DNA of 64,000 nucleotides from an uncultured Candidatus Saccharibacteria bacterium (GTDB lineage: Bacteria > Patescibacteriota > Minisyncoccia > Phycocordibacterales > UBA2100). Numbering within the stretch: the first letter of the stretch is position 1; every line of letters starts with the position of its first letter. The stretch is taken from contig CAZZHR010000003.1 of assembly GCA_964654205.1 (NCBI GenBank), positions 56,839 to 120,838 of the forward strand, given 5' to 3'. The position numbers and the translations under genes are program-made. Positions 36,175 to 45,434 of this stretch are shown here, in pieces. Under the pieces are notes generated by a model, which saw nothing but the letters and a program-made list of their open reading frames with translations, made no database searches and was not told the DNA's origin.

Positions 36175-36247
36175 GGGCCCTTAGCTCAGTTGGTAGAGCG
36201 CCACATTTGCAATGTGGATGTCAGCGGTTCGAATCCGCTAGGGTCCA
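36175..36247 (+). tRNA. tRNA-Ala (anticodon UGC)
   Basis: Cloverleaf: acceptor GGGCCCT/AGGGTCC with G3:U70 Ala identity pair, D-loop AGCTCAGTTGGTAGAGC, anticodon loop TTTGCAA, T-arm GGTTCGAATCC, discriminator A. Followed by CC but no encoded CCA. Confidence 0.85.
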
Positions 36248-36381
36248 CCGAGGCGCAGAGGAGTTTAGCGTCAGACCATACTTTTGAGACCCTTGCATGA
36301 ACATGAGTCTTGCATGGAGTCTTCATCTCCTTATACTTTGTATTGGTGGAGGGGGTAACTTCCAGTAGAAGGAACCCCGCG

Positions 36382-36804
36382 ATGATATCGACCGATTATC
36401 CGGAATGCGCAAGGAGGGCGGTACGTGCAATGCTTCGGCCATCGAAGACGGTCGGAGCTCACGGTCTGCCCGAGCTCATCATTGAGCTCGGGGATAGGCT
36501 GATTTACGGCGCGAAGATGCACGTGTCGAAGCAGCTCGAACTCTACGCACGGATGGTAGAGGAAGTTGCGCGGCACGCAGATGCACCTCATCTCGACCAC
36601 ATTGTCCTGTACGTGGCAGGACACAGGAGGTTGATAACGTGCATGAAGGTGCATCCGTGCGACACTGTCCTGATGCGATACGCTGAGAAGGCATTGCTCG
36701 CTCCGCATGTCAACCAACCACGTTTCGTCAGGGAGTTGGCAAGACGCTTGCATTGGGCAGCGTCCGCGCAGCAATTCGCAAGGCAGCTAGTCAGGACTCG
36801 CTAG
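36382..36804 (+). CDS. Hypothetical protein (about 140 aa)
   Basis: ORF downstream of tRNA-Ala followed by two terminator hairpins. An antisense ORF of equal size exists, so the coding call is weak. Confidence 0.3.
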   Translation: MISTDYPECARRAVRAMLRPSKTVGAHGLPELIIELGDRLIYGAKMHVSKQLELYARMVEEVARHADAPHLDHIVLYVAGHRRLITCMKVHPCDTVLMRYAEKALLAPHVNQPRFVRELARRLHWAASAQQFARQLVRTR

Positions 36805-36830
36805 CAAGCCATTATCGTCCAGCACTGTCA

Positions 36831-36860
36831 CAGCCTCCGCTCCTAGGAGGCTGGCTTTTT
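36831..36860 (+). terminator. Rho-independent terminator CAGCCTCC-GCTCCTA-GGAGGCTG + GCTTTTT
   Basis: 8-bp perfect stem plus T-tract after the hypothetical gene. Confidence 0.6.
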
Positions 36861-36897
36861 AGACACATTGGAACTGATATACTATTTGCACGGGAAA

Positions 36898-36926
36898 GGC
36901 GACATGCAGTCGTGTCGGCTTTTTTA
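36898..36926 (+). terminator. Second rho-independent terminator (GGCGACA...TGTCGGC + TTTTTT) 40 nt downstream of a TATACT box; contains a 7-codon mini-ORF
   Basis: Hairpin plus T6 tract. ATGCAGTCGTGTCGGCTTTTTTAG (MQSCRLF*) is embedded in the stem. Confidence 0.5.
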
Positions 36927-36985
36927 GTTTATCCAAGCGGGTTCATGAAATAATCACAAAGTACCTGCTATTTCTTGAGACTTCG

Positions 36986-37537
36986 ATGAACAAACGCATC
37001 AGCAGACAAGAGCAATGGGTGAAGCAGTTGGAGCAAGAGTTCCTCTTCGCCTATGACCAGCACTCAGATGCACTCTTTCGGCATTGCCTGATTCGTGTGC
37101 GAGATAGGGAGATGGCCAAGGATATCGTCCAGGAGACGTTTTCGCGCACATGGCTGTACTTATCCGAAGGTAAGAAAGTAGACTACATTCGCGCGTTCCT
37201 CTATCGGGTTGCCAACAATCTCATCGTCGACGGGTCGCGCAAGAAGAAGTCGGCCTCGCTCGACGCGATGATGGAGGAAGACGGTTTCGAAGTCCGCGAT
37301 GAAGATCAGCGAGAACCGGTAGACAAGAGGGTGCTCGGTGACGCGCTCGAAATGCTCGGGTCACTCGATGAGATTTACCGTACCGCAATAACGATGCGCT
37401 ACCTCGATGAGATGTCGCCGCGCGAAATAGCATCGGCGCTCGGCGTTTCCGAGAATGTCGTGTCTGTGAGAATCCATCGCGGCATAGAGAAATTGAGCAA
37501 GATGATGCGTGACAAGCCTGGAATGATGGCTCTGTAG
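36986..37537 (+). CDS. RNA polymerase sigma-70 family factor, ECF subfamily
   Basis: Region 2 (…DALFRHCLIRVRDREMAKDIVQETF…) and region 4 HTH (…MRYLDEMSPREIASALGVSENVVSVRIHRG…). Confidence 0.8.
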   Translation: MNKRISRQEQWVKQLEQEFLFAYDQHSDALFRHCLIRVRDREMAKDIVQETFSRTWLYLSEGKKVDYIRAFLYRVANNLIVDGSRKKKSASLDAMMEEDGFEVRDEDQREPVDKRVLGDALEMLGSLDEIYRTAITMRYLDEMSPREIASALGVSENVVSVRIHRGIEKLSKMMRDKPGMMAL

Positions 37538-37668
37538 AGCCGTTTTTGCCTACCTGTTGAAATTCACTTGCGTTACACCAGCTGTAGGCTATAGTTGCGG
37601 CGAATGTAAGTTTTCCCATAAGGAAAAGGTTGGTTTACATTTTTTAAACGAAGGAACAAGAAAGTGAC

Positions 37669-37998
37669 ATGGCTAAGAAGCTATACGTGGGCGGTCTCCC
37701 GTACTCAACGACGGAAGACGAGCTCCGCGAAGCGTTCTCCCAAGCTGGCGCTGTCGAGTCCGCATCGATCATCATGGATCGCATGACGGGACGCTCGAAG
37801 GGCTTCGGCTTCGTGGAGATGTCAAGCGATGAAGAAGCCCAGAAGGGCATCGACCTCTGGAACGGAAAGGATTTCGGCGGCCGCACTCTCACGGTCAATG
37901 AAGCGAGACCGATGGAGGAGCGCCCGAGAAACAATTTCCGCGGAGGCGGTGACAGAGGCGGCTTTGGCGGCTCCCGTGGGGGCGGCCGCGCTTGGTAA
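37669..37998 (+). CDS. RRM-type RNA-binding protein (glycine-rich C-terminus)
   Basis: RNP2 KLYVGGL and RNP1 KGFGFVEM motifs, GGGDRGGFGGSRGGG tail. Confidence 0.85.
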   Translation: MAKKLYVGGLPYSTTEDELREAFSQAGAVESASIIMDRMTGRSKGFGFVEMSSDEEAQKGIDLWNGKDFGGRTLTVNEARPMEERPRNNFRGGGDRGGFGGSRGGGRAW

Positions 37999-38137
37999 AT
38001 CGCGATTTCGAGAGAACTGCCCGTCCGGACCTATGCGTCAGGGCGGGCTGTTCTTATAGGGTAAGAGGCGACGGATTGTCTCGTCTATAATGCACAGGGT
38101 AGTGTTCTTATGGGAACGCCTCTTGCGTGAAGGCCGT

Positions 38138-39217
38138 ATGAGCAGCGACATCAACGACATATTTCATAGTGCAAAGAAGCATGGGCTTGAAGAACATGAG
38201 CGCAATTCTATGCGCAACATGCTCCGTGCATTCATCTCTGAGCACCCGGCTAAAGCGCCCTTCTCGATACGGGCGATGGATAGTATCGCCGCGTTTGGCG
38301 ATGCATTCGGCACACAATCGACCCGTCGGTACAGGCTTGTACCGGCGACCCTCGCACTCTTTCTCGTGCTCGGCGTGGGTACCTCGTATGCAGCTGAGGG
38401 AGCGCTCCCGGGAGATGCACTGTACGCGGTCAAAATCGGACTCAACGAGCGAGTCCAAGGAGCTCTCGCCCTCTCCGAGTCGGCAAAGACATCGTGGCAC
38501 ACCGCGCGCATAGAAAGACGGCTCGCCGAGGCGGAGTCGCTCGTCGCAAGCGGTAGGCTTACACCCGTTGCACAGGCGGAAATCGAGTCAAGATTGCAAT
38601 CGAGCGTGAAGGCGTACGACGCGCAGGTTGAAAAACTTGCGCTCTCCGAAGGCGACGCAGCTGTTGCTGCGGCACACTCAGATTTAGAGGCGTCGCTTAT
38701 CGGTCACGCGGAAGTCCTCGTGGCTCTTTCAGTAGAGAGCGAAAGCGAGAGCACGGCAGAACCCATTATTCGCTCAGTGATATCGAAAGCGGAGCACGCG
38801 CAGAGCGCGCGCTCCGCAAAAGAGGCGAGCCTTACCTCACGCCAAGACACAGAGAAGGTTCGTAAAGCCGCTCTCGAAAAGCAAGAGAAAGCGCGGAAAG
38901 CGATCGAGAAAGTGCGCGAGAAAGCCTCCTCCGCATTCGTTGCTGCTACGAGCTCGGCGCGAATCGCGGAAGACGCGGCCGACGTGGCGGAGCGTGTCGT
39001 CTCCGAAGCTGAAGAAAAATTCCGAGATGGAGACTACGGCAGTGCGTTCTCGACTTTCCAGGAAGCGATTCGCAGTGTCCGTACCGTGGAGGTGCATATG
39101 GACGCGTCCGAGAGACTGAAAGCCGACGTGCGAGTCTTCACGAGGGGCACGAGCGACAGCTCAAGCGACGCGAGCGCGACGCTCATGATAACTACGGAAC
39201 CTGCTCAGGAAGAGTAG
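38138..39217 (+). CDS. Membrane-anchored coiled-coil protein, possible anti-sigma factor / DUF5667-like
   Basis: Short cytoplasmic N-terminus, one TM helix (LVPATLALFLVLGVGTSYAA), long Ala/Glu-rich extracytoplasmic helical region; located 2 genes downstream of the ECF sigma gene. Confidence 0.4.
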   Translation: MSSDINDIFHSAKKHGLEEHERNSMRNMLRAFISEHPAKAPFSIRAMDSIAAFGDAFGTQSTRRYRLVPATLALFLVLGVGTSYAAEGALPGDALYAVKIGLNERVQGALALSESAKTSWHTARIERRLAEAESLVASGRLTPVAQAEIESRLQSSVKAYDAQVEKLALSEGDAAVAAAHSDLEASLIGHAEVLVALSVESESESTAEPIIRSVISKAEHAQSARSAKEASLTSRQDTEKVRKAALEKQEKARKAIEKVREKASSAFVAATSSARIAEDAADVAERVVSEAEEKFRDGDYGSAFSTFQEAIRSVRTVEVHMDASERLKADVRVFTRGTSDSSSDASATLMITTEPAQEE

Positions 39218-39270
39218 CCACTATCCACAGCGTGCGGGAATCGCGTCGTCGCGTCGCTCATAATGGACGA

Positions 39271-39654
39271 ATGAAATACAGTGCATTCGTCTCTTGGGGA
39301 ATTGTGATGTATGCCATCATGTTCTTGCTTTGGTCAGGCTTTGTTGTCTATGGCTTCGTCGAGGGCGTAGCGCCTCGTCTTGTCGGACTCACAGTGCTTA
39401 TAGTTTTGGCGACCGTAGCCGGACGCTCATTGCGCTTTCACCGATGGCAGGACATCCTTCCGTACTCTCTCTCGTGGGTCGCTGTAGTCGCGATACTCGA
39501 CATAATCCTCACAGTGCCCTTTACGGGCTGGGCGCTCTTTAGTGATTGGAATATATGGGTCGGCTATGCGCTGATTGCATTCGTGCCACTGCTTGCTCCG
39601 CTTTTGAATAGAGCATGGCCACGTGAGGCAACATCCGAGAGTCATGCACCTTAG
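39271..39654 (+). CDS. Small polytopic membrane protein
   Basis: Four hydrophobic helices; no family recognised. Confidence 0.4.
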   Translation: MKYSAFVSWGIVMYAIMFLLWSGFVVYGFVEGVAPRLVGLTVLIVLATVAGRSLRFHRWQDILPYSLSWVAVVAILDIILTVPFTGWALFSDWNIWVGYALIAFVPLLAPLLNRAWPREATSESHAP

Positions 39655-40795
39655 CGCGATAGACACTCACAGATTGTTCGTACGAGCCGCGCTCGCAAGC
39701 GCGCACCTGTTCGCCTGGGTTTTTATTTTCCAGTATTTCTACGTGCAAACCCGATCGATTCCTGCAGCACTTGCAAGCGTACTTCTTACATATGCATTGA
39801 CGCACACTGTTATTGTCCTTTGTACGCCATTTTCCGCAAAGCGACTTCGGCATGGTTTTAGGGGCTCACTTCTCGTTGCTACCGCGCTGCTCGCGACATC
39901 CTTTGCTGTGCTCGCGTTCGCGTTTTCCGGTGCGCTTGGAGATGTCGGCATAGGTATCGCACTCTTCGCCTTGCTTTCAGCGCTTTATCGCGCGTTCTAT
40001 TGGACTCCCTATGCGGTTTCTCGCAGCGTCGCGCCGGCACGTACGCGCGAGTGGGTTGAAGTACTCGTTGCGCTCATGCCACTCGCGGCTGGCTTGTACT
40101 TGGCAATTGACTCGTCCTCAATTGCCGGATTTATGTATGCAGCGGGCGCGCTCACGCTCCTCGCCTGCATACCGCTCTTTGGCGTGCGTGACGTGTACGA
40201 AGGCTACGCTTTCACGTATAGGACATCGTTCCACGAATTGTTCGACGAGCGCAACCGATCGCTTCTGCGCGGCTCAGTGTTATCTGGCATCGAGGCCGCT
40301 GCCTTGTTCATTCTCTGGCCTATTACTGTCTTCACGCTTATCGACTGGTCATACCCACTACTTGGTGTCGTGATGTCCCTCACTCTTATACTGACCTTCC
40401 TAGCAAGAAAGGTGCTGTCGAAACCTATGGAGTCGATGCCTGAGAGCGTACTACCGCTTGTCGCCATATCGGGTTGGGTAATGCGTCTCGGCGTCGGGGG
40501 ATTCGTTTCTGCGATCATAGTAGATACGTACTTTCACGCAATAGGGCGCTCGTCTTATCGAGGGCTTGATATCCACACACAGGAGCATGTGGCCGATAAC
40601 CACACATTCGTCGATGAATACACCGTGTTGAAGGAAATGGGAATGGCGCTCGGCCGCATCGCACTCTGCCTCGCGATGGTCTTCCTGCTGTGGTTCATGC
40701 CGCTTGCGTACGCGCTCATTTGCGCATTCCTACTCGCCGGCCTCGCAGCGGGGCTGTCGGTATACCAGGCACAACGCGCCCGCGCAGCGTATTAA
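39644..40795 (+). CDS. Polytopic membrane protein (10-12 TM), transporter-like (possibly MFS)
   Basis: Continuous series of TM helices across 380 aa. The start is uncertain: 39644 overlaps the upstream gene by 11 nt. Confidence 0.4.
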   Translation: MHLSAIDTHRLFVRAALASAHLFAWVFIFQYFYVQTRSIPAALASVLLTYALTHTVIVLCTPFSAKRLRHGFRGSLLVATALLATSFAVLAFAFSGALGDVGIGIALFALLSALYRAFYWTPYAVSRSVAPARTREWVEVLVALMPLAAGLYLAIDSSSIAGFMYAAGALTLLACIPLFGVRDVYEGYAFTYRTSFHELFDERNRSLLRGSVLSGIEAAALFILWPITVFTLIDWSYPLLGVVMSLTLILTFLARKVLSKPMESMPESVLPLVAISGWVMRLGVGGFVSAIIVDTYFHAIGRSSYRGLDIHTQEHVADNHTFVDEYTVLKEMGMALGRIALCLAMVFLLWFMPLAYALICAFLLAGLAAGLSVYQAQRARAAY

Positions 40796-40834
40796 AGAGG
40801 AAGCCCCGGCAGAGCCGGGGCTGAAGTCGTCGTC

Positions 40835-41434
40835 TCAGAGGAGCTTTGGTTGGAGCTCCGCGAGTTGCGCTGCTGCTCGCAGGTCATCAAAACGTTCGGC
40901 TTCTATTCGCCGCTTCGCAATGATGACTCCGACGGCGCGAGCTTTGAGCGCATGCCACTCACGGTCGTCGAGCATCGGCAGCGGCGAGGTCGTGTCGGCT
41001 CCATACTTGGAACGCTCGTCCATCACCGCGGCGCGACGAACATTGTCCCAGACGGGAAGCGCGTCGGCATCGCAAACGTATGAGATGCGCCGATTGAAAT
41101 ACACGAGCACGCATTCGGTCGGGGAGCCCGAGTCCAGAATAACGTGGTCATGCACTCGCGCGATTCTTTCCTTGATGACCGCGTCGGCTTCGTTCATGCG
41201 ACGGCACGCAAGCTTCCTGGCTGCAGCGAACGCGAGGTTCGATGCACGCAGGACGGCATCGTAGCCCCGCTCCTGGCCGACTTTCATGATGCCGGCGCTC
41301 GTACGCTCGAAGATGAGCGTAATGTCTTCGCCGTCAACGTAGACCTTGCAACGATCTGCGGTTACACGGTCGACGACGCGCACTTCGGGACGCACACTTA
41401 CTGTTCGGCGAATCACGTTTCGTGTGCCTGACAT
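40835..41434 (-). CDS. Hypothetical protein (199 aa) with SD GGAGG-N5-ATG
   Basis: Internal ATG (MSGTRNVIRR...) preceded by GGAGG; no family recognised by eye. Confidence 0.45.
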   Translation of the reverse strand: MSGTRNVIRRTVSVRPEVRVVDRVTADRCKVYVDGEDITLIFERTSAGIMKVGQERGYDAVLRASNLAFAAARKLACRRMNEADAVIKERIARVHDHVILDSGSPTECVLVYFNRRISYVCDADALPVWDNVRRAAVMDERSKYGADTTSPLPMLDDREWHALKARAVGVIIAKRRIEAERFDDLRAAAQLAELQPKLL

Positions 41435-41509
41435 CGTGGCCTCCACTGAGAGAATGAATTGTCTCAATCATTTATGCCACAACACGGGTATATGTCCAGC
41501 GACAAGATG

Positions 41510-41962
41510 TTAGGAAAATAAGCCCTGGACGACCGCTTTCACATCGGCACCGTCTGCGCGGCCGGCGAAATCCTTGATAACAGCGCCCATGAGTTTGCCC
41601 GCGCCCGATGCATCGGAGATGCCGAGTTCCTCCTTCTTTACGCGAGCCACTTTCTCGATGTCTTCGCGCGATGCCATGTGTGGTAAGTATGTCTTGATGA
41701 TTGCGAGTTCCTGAGTTTCCTTTTCAGCAAGCTCGGGCCTATTGCCCTTTGAGAATTGTTCAATGGAATCTTGACGCTGCTTGGCGAGGCGCCTAAGCAC
41801 GACGATGGCGTCGGAATCAGAGATTTCTTCTGTCGGCTTCTTGCCCTTGGAGACGAGTTCGTTGGTGAAGGCAGTAATAGCGCTGCGCAACGTGTCCACG
41901 CGTATTTGCTCGCGTGCTTTCATTGCCACCTTCAAGTCCTCTTTAATCTGTACTTGGAGCAT
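41510..41962 (-). CDS. GatB/YqeY domain protein
   Basis: MLQVQIKEDLKVAMKAREQIRVDTLRSAITA...LSDSDAIVVLRRLAKQRQDSIEQFSKGNRPELAEKETQEL..YLP matches YqeY. A longer ORF form with an N-terminal TM segment (to 42106) exists; the shorter one has TATAAT directly upstream. Confidence 0.7.
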   Translation of the reverse strand: MLQVQIKEDLKVAMKAREQIRVDTLRSAITAFTNELVSKGKKPTEEISDSDAIVVLRRLAKQRQDSIEQFSKGNRPELAEKETQELAIIKTYLPHMASREDIEKVARVKKEELGISDASGAGKLMGAVIKDFAGRADGADVKAVVQGLFS

Positions 41963-42347
41963 GTGAGTAATTATATCAAAAGAAGAAGCCGGTTGGATCC
42001 GGCTTATTTCATAGCTTCGTGCGGGATATGCGCCAAGTAGTATCCAAACGACAAAGGCGATTGCGGCGATGGCCGCAAAGACGCCCAACTTTTGGGCTAT
42101 GCTCATGCGTCCTTCCGGGTCCGACAGGGTACACGATGCAAGTCCCTTCCATCGGACACTCGCGCAATAATACGCGGAAAGTGTAGGAAGTACATGAAAA
42201 CGTTACGTGATACAATCGCCCCATGGATCCCGTCAGAGGCTGCGGTGGTGGTCTGAGGTACGAAGTTTCCTTCGACCATGAAGCTCTATTAGGTATTAGT
42301 GGCACTAACTCAGGCTCGGGAAGCGTCGCTCCCTGCCTCTAAAAGCG

Positions 42348-43427
42348 ATGGAATGGTTTATTGTCGGGCTTCTTGCGCTCAATCTCGCGCTCGTCGCGTT
42401 TATATTCCTGCGCAAACCCTCGGCATCGCAGCAGGATCCTCAGAATCTGCTGCTCCTGCAGAACCAACTGCAAGACCTCGCACGCACGATGGAGAGCAAG
42501 CTCGGAGAGGGGACGAACCGCATGTTCGAGAGTATGCGAACGCAATTCGGTGAATCGCAACGACTTGCGTCGGATATCCGCGACCTCGTAGCGAAGCAAC
42601 TGAGCGAGGTCAAGGTAGAACAAACGAGAACCAACGAAGCAACGACCCGCTTTATGTCGATTGCAGAGCAGCTTGCGAATCTCGAAAAAGTGCTGAAGCA
42701 TCAGAAGCAGCGCGGCAACTTAGGCGAGGCGTCTCTCGAACTCATACTCGGCAACGTCCTACCGCCAGGTTCGTACAAAATGCAGTACGAATTTCCGGGT
42801 GGCGAAACCGTGGACGCCGTAATCGTCACGAAAGAGGGCGTGATTCCAATCGACGCAAAATTCTCTCTCGACAACTACCAGCGACTCGTGCAAGCGATAG
42901 ATGATGAACAGCGCGAGGAGCTAGAAAAGCAGTTTAAAAGCGACTTGAAAATGCGTATCGACGAATGCGCGAAGTACGTCCGGGTGAAGGATGGCACGCT
43001 TCCTTTTGCCTTTATGTACATCCCGGCGGAGGCGATCTATTACGACCTCCTTGTAAACGAGATCGGTTCGGTCAAAGTGAACACGCGCAATCTCATTGAC
43101 TACGCATACAATGAGAAGAAGGTCATCATCGTATCTCCGACCACCTTTGCGGCATACTTGCAGTCGGTGCTATACGGATTCAAGGCGTTCAAGATAGAGG
43201 AGACAGCGAAGGACATAGCGAAGAACGTGGAGAATCTGTCCCGACATCTCAAGGCGTACGAAGACTACTACAAGAAAGTCGGTAACGCACTTTCTACTAC
43301 AGTCAATCACTACAATGCGGGAAGCAAGGAACTAGGGAAAATTGACAAGGACGTCCTGCGCATTACCGGCACGTCTGCTGATCTGGACGTGGCGCTTATC
43401 GACAAACCGTCGCTCGAGAAGGAATAG
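42348..43427 (+). CDS. rmuC: DNA recombination protein RmuC
   Basis: N-terminal TM helix, long coiled coil, C-terminal RmuC nuclease-like domain (…FAFMYIPAEAIYYDLL…, …VIIVSPTTFAAYLQSV…). Confidence 0.8.
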   Translation: MEWFIVGLLALNLALVAFIFLRKPSASQQDPQNLLLLQNQLQDLARTMESKLGEGTNRMFESMRTQFGESQRLASDIRDLVAKQLSEVKVEQTRTNEATTRFMSIAEQLANLEKVLKHQKQRGNLGEASLELILGNVLPPGSYKMQYEFPGGETVDAVIVTKEGVIPIDAKFSLDNYQRLVQAIDDEQREELEKQFKSDLKMRIDECAKYVRVKDGTLPFAFMYIPAEAIYYDLLVNEIGSVKVNTRNLIDYAYNEKKVIIVSPTTFAAYLQSVLYGFKAFKIEETAKDIAKNVENLSRHLKAYEDYYKKVGNALSTTVNHYNAGSKELGKIDKDVLRITGTSADLDVALIDKPSLEKE

Positions 43428-43686
43428 AGATACCCGGCCTTTCGGCCGGGTTAGAGCGCCTTCAGTACAACGCAAGGACGAGCGGCAATACTATCGCGGA
43501 AACCGCTAGGAATGCCGCGAGAATGCCAAGAAGCTGCTTCAGAGCGGCTCTATTTTCGTTCTTGCTTTCGTCGTTGTGAGCGGTGTTGGTCATGAGAAGG
43601 CTCCAGTCCCCAGCCATAGAAATTATACACCCAGAATGTGTCGCTATTGCGCGAAACCGGCGGTTGTCATATAGTGCTCGGACTTT

Positions 43687-44001
43687 ATGGCAAAGATAGC
43701 CATCATAGAGACAGGCAGCAAACAGTACGTTGTCACCAAAGACAGCGTTATTGACATCGAGACCGTGGGTGTCGACAAGGTCGGCGCCAAGGTGACTTTC
43801 GATAGGGTCCTCCTTACCGACGACGGTTCCAAGACCACTGTGGGCGCTCCGTACGTGAAGGGCGCGGAGGTCGTGGGCGAGCTCGTCGAGACCGGCAAGG
43901 ATGCCAAGAAGATCGTCCTTCGCTATCGCGAGAAGAGCCGCTATTCCAAGAAAAAGGGGCACCGCCAGCCGTACGCGCGCGTACGCATCACCAACGTCTA
44001 A
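43687..44001 (+). CDS. rplU: 50S ribosomal protein L21
   Basis: MAKIAIIETGSKQYVV...KIVLRYREKSRYSKKKGHRQPYARVRITNV matches bL21. Confidence 0.9.
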   Translation: MAKIAIIETGSKQYVVTKDSVIDIETVGVDKVGAKVTFDRVLLTDDGSKTTVGAPYVKGAEVVGELVETGKDAKKIVLRYREKSRYSKKKGHRQPYARVRITNV

Positions 44002-44006
44002 GACAA

Positions 44007-44036
44007 AAGGCCGCCCATCGGGCGGCCTTCTTCATT
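44007..44036. terminator. Hairpin AAGGCCGCCC-ATCG-GGCGGCCTT after rplU (weak T-tract)
   Basis: 8-10 bp perfect stem 6 nt after the rplU stop. Confidence 0.5.
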
Positions 44037-44049
44037 CCGCAGAATCTTA

Positions 44050-44277
44050 TCAGTCCGGCAGGTTGAAGCGTGGCGGCAGCTTTTTCGCCTCGCGCAGTTC
44101 CATCCAGCGGTCGAAGTCGCGCGTTTCGCGCGGGTGCTGCCCGTACACGCCTCGATGCATGCGGTAGCGCATGATAAACAGTTGCGCGAGAAGAATCAGA
44201 CTGGCGATTAGCACAGCGCACGCGGCGAGCAGTGCGAGCGATGATTCAGGCCTAATGATAGCCGCGGTGACCACCAT
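44050..44277 (-). CDS. Small membrane protein (75 aa), speculative
   Basis: One TM helix (LALLAACAVLIASLILLAQLFIM); no clear SD. Weak call. Confidence 0.25.
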   Translation of the reverse strand: MVVTAAIIRPESSLALLAACAVLIASLILLAQLFIMRYRMHRGVYGQHPRETRDFDRWMELREAKKLPPRFNLPD

Positions 44278-44406
44278 CGTGACGATGGTAAGCGCTATGG
44301 CGGCATAGACCAGTGCCCTCCTTTCGCGTCACATTTGCGCGAGTAGAGGGTCAGCGATGTGCCACATGACGTATCCCTCCGTTGACTAATAGGCACTTTA
44401 CACCTC

Positions 44407-45018
44407 TTACTTACGACTTTCCAGTGCGCTCTTGATGGTCTCCGGGTCGGCGTACTCGAGCTCGCTCCCGGTCGAAAGTCCGCGCCCCAACTTGGTTATC
44501 CGAACAGATGAGTGACCTCGTAGGTCACTCATCTCTTGTTCGAGACGTGACGCGGTCGCGTCGCCCTCGGGATTCGCGGGAAAGGCGAGTATGACCTCGA
44601 AGCCATCGGCGTGGCGACTTCGTAAGTTGCTAATGCGCTGAATGAGCTGCTTGATACGGAGACCAGCGGCCTTCTCAGACGCGAGCGATATGGTGCCGCC
44701 GAGCACGAAGTAGAGGCCGCGGTAAGTTCCGCTCCGCTCAAGCGCCGCAAGGTCGGAGTCGGACGCGACGACCGCAAGATAGGTGGTATTGCGTTCAGGG
44801 TTGGAACATATGGAACAGGTTTTGCCATTCCCCGCATGGTACCGCATGCAGCTCTCGCATTGCCGCACGCCGCTGCCGAGCTCCTGAATCGCATCGATGA
44901 TCTCGCGACGCAGCGATGGGGAACTGCGCAAGAGGTATGCGACGAAGCGCCCCGCCTGCCTCGGGCCTATACCTGGGAATTTTTCAAAAATTCGGGCGAG
45001 CCGCTCGATTGCATCCAT
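44407..45018 (-). CDS. recR: Recombination protein RecR
   Basis: HhH N-terminus (...FPGIGPRQAGRFVAYLL), C4 zinc finger (CESC...CSIC), Toprim domain. Internal ATG preceded by TATACT (leaderless-type start). Confidence 0.85.
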   Translation of the reverse strand: MDAIERLARIFEKFPGIGPRQAGRFVAYLLRSSPSLRREIIDAIQELGSGVRQCESCMRYHAGNGKTCSICSNPERNTTYLAVVASDSDLAALERSGTYRGLYFVLGGTISLASEKAAGLRIKQLIQRISNLRSRHADGFEVILAFPANPEGDATASRLEQEMSDLRGHSSVRITKLGRGLSTGSELEYADPETIKSALESRK

Positions 45019-45060
45019 CGATGTAGTATACAGAATCAATATTCCGGTGTTACAGCATTA

Positions 45061-45096
45061 CTCCTGTAAACTCACCAATTGGTGAGTTTACAGGAG
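45061..45096. promoter_or_regulatory. 36-nt perfect palindrome CTCCTGTAAACTCACCAA|TTGGTGAGTTTACAGGAG in the divergent recR / small-membrane-gene intergenic region
   Basis: Read directly from the sequence; both flanking genes point away from it, so a terminator role is unlikely and an operator or structured RNA is more plausible. Confidence 0.5.
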
Positions 45097-45164
45097 TGAG
45101 ATTGTTTAGTCCAAAAGAGTCGTGTGCGACACGCACGTTGTACATAACGTGATATCGTAGATAT

Positions 45165-45431
45165 ATGAGAGTTGTCGCGTTGGTAATCTTGGCCTTAATT
45201 TTTACATTGGCATTTTTCATCGATTTCGTTCTTATTAGCTGGCTCGCCACAGACAACAACCAGACTTTCAACGTCTCCCACTACATTAGTGTTATTTTCT
45301 TGGCCGTAGCGACTGTTATTTCATGGTATGTGTTGGTTCGGCGATTACCAAAAAAGATAGAATCACTTTATGTGATGGCAGGGTACCTAGTACTTATCGG
45401 AAGTTACTTTCTGTTCGTGCACAACTCTTGA
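45165..45431 (+). CDS. Small membrane protein (88 aa) in an AT-rich patch
   Basis: Three hydrophobic helices; local GC content is clearly lower than the surroundings. Confidence 0.4.
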   Translation: MRVVALVILALIFTLAFFIDFVLISWLATDNNQTFNVSHYISVIFLAVATVISWYVLVRRLPKKIESLYVMAGYLVLIGSYFLFVHNS

Positions 45432-45434
45432 GAG

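Noticed and set aside
41510-42106. Long form of the YqeY gene with an N-terminal TM segment (start 42106)
   Set aside because: The YqeY domain begins at the internal Met (MLQVQIKEDLK...), which has a TATAAT box directly upstream. The N-terminal extension is not part of the family. Kept only as an alternative start.
45050-45271. 73-aa minus ORF spanning the 36-nt palindrome
   Set aside because: Lys/Asn-rich translation of an AT-rich intergenic patch; the palindrome itself is the more likely functional element.
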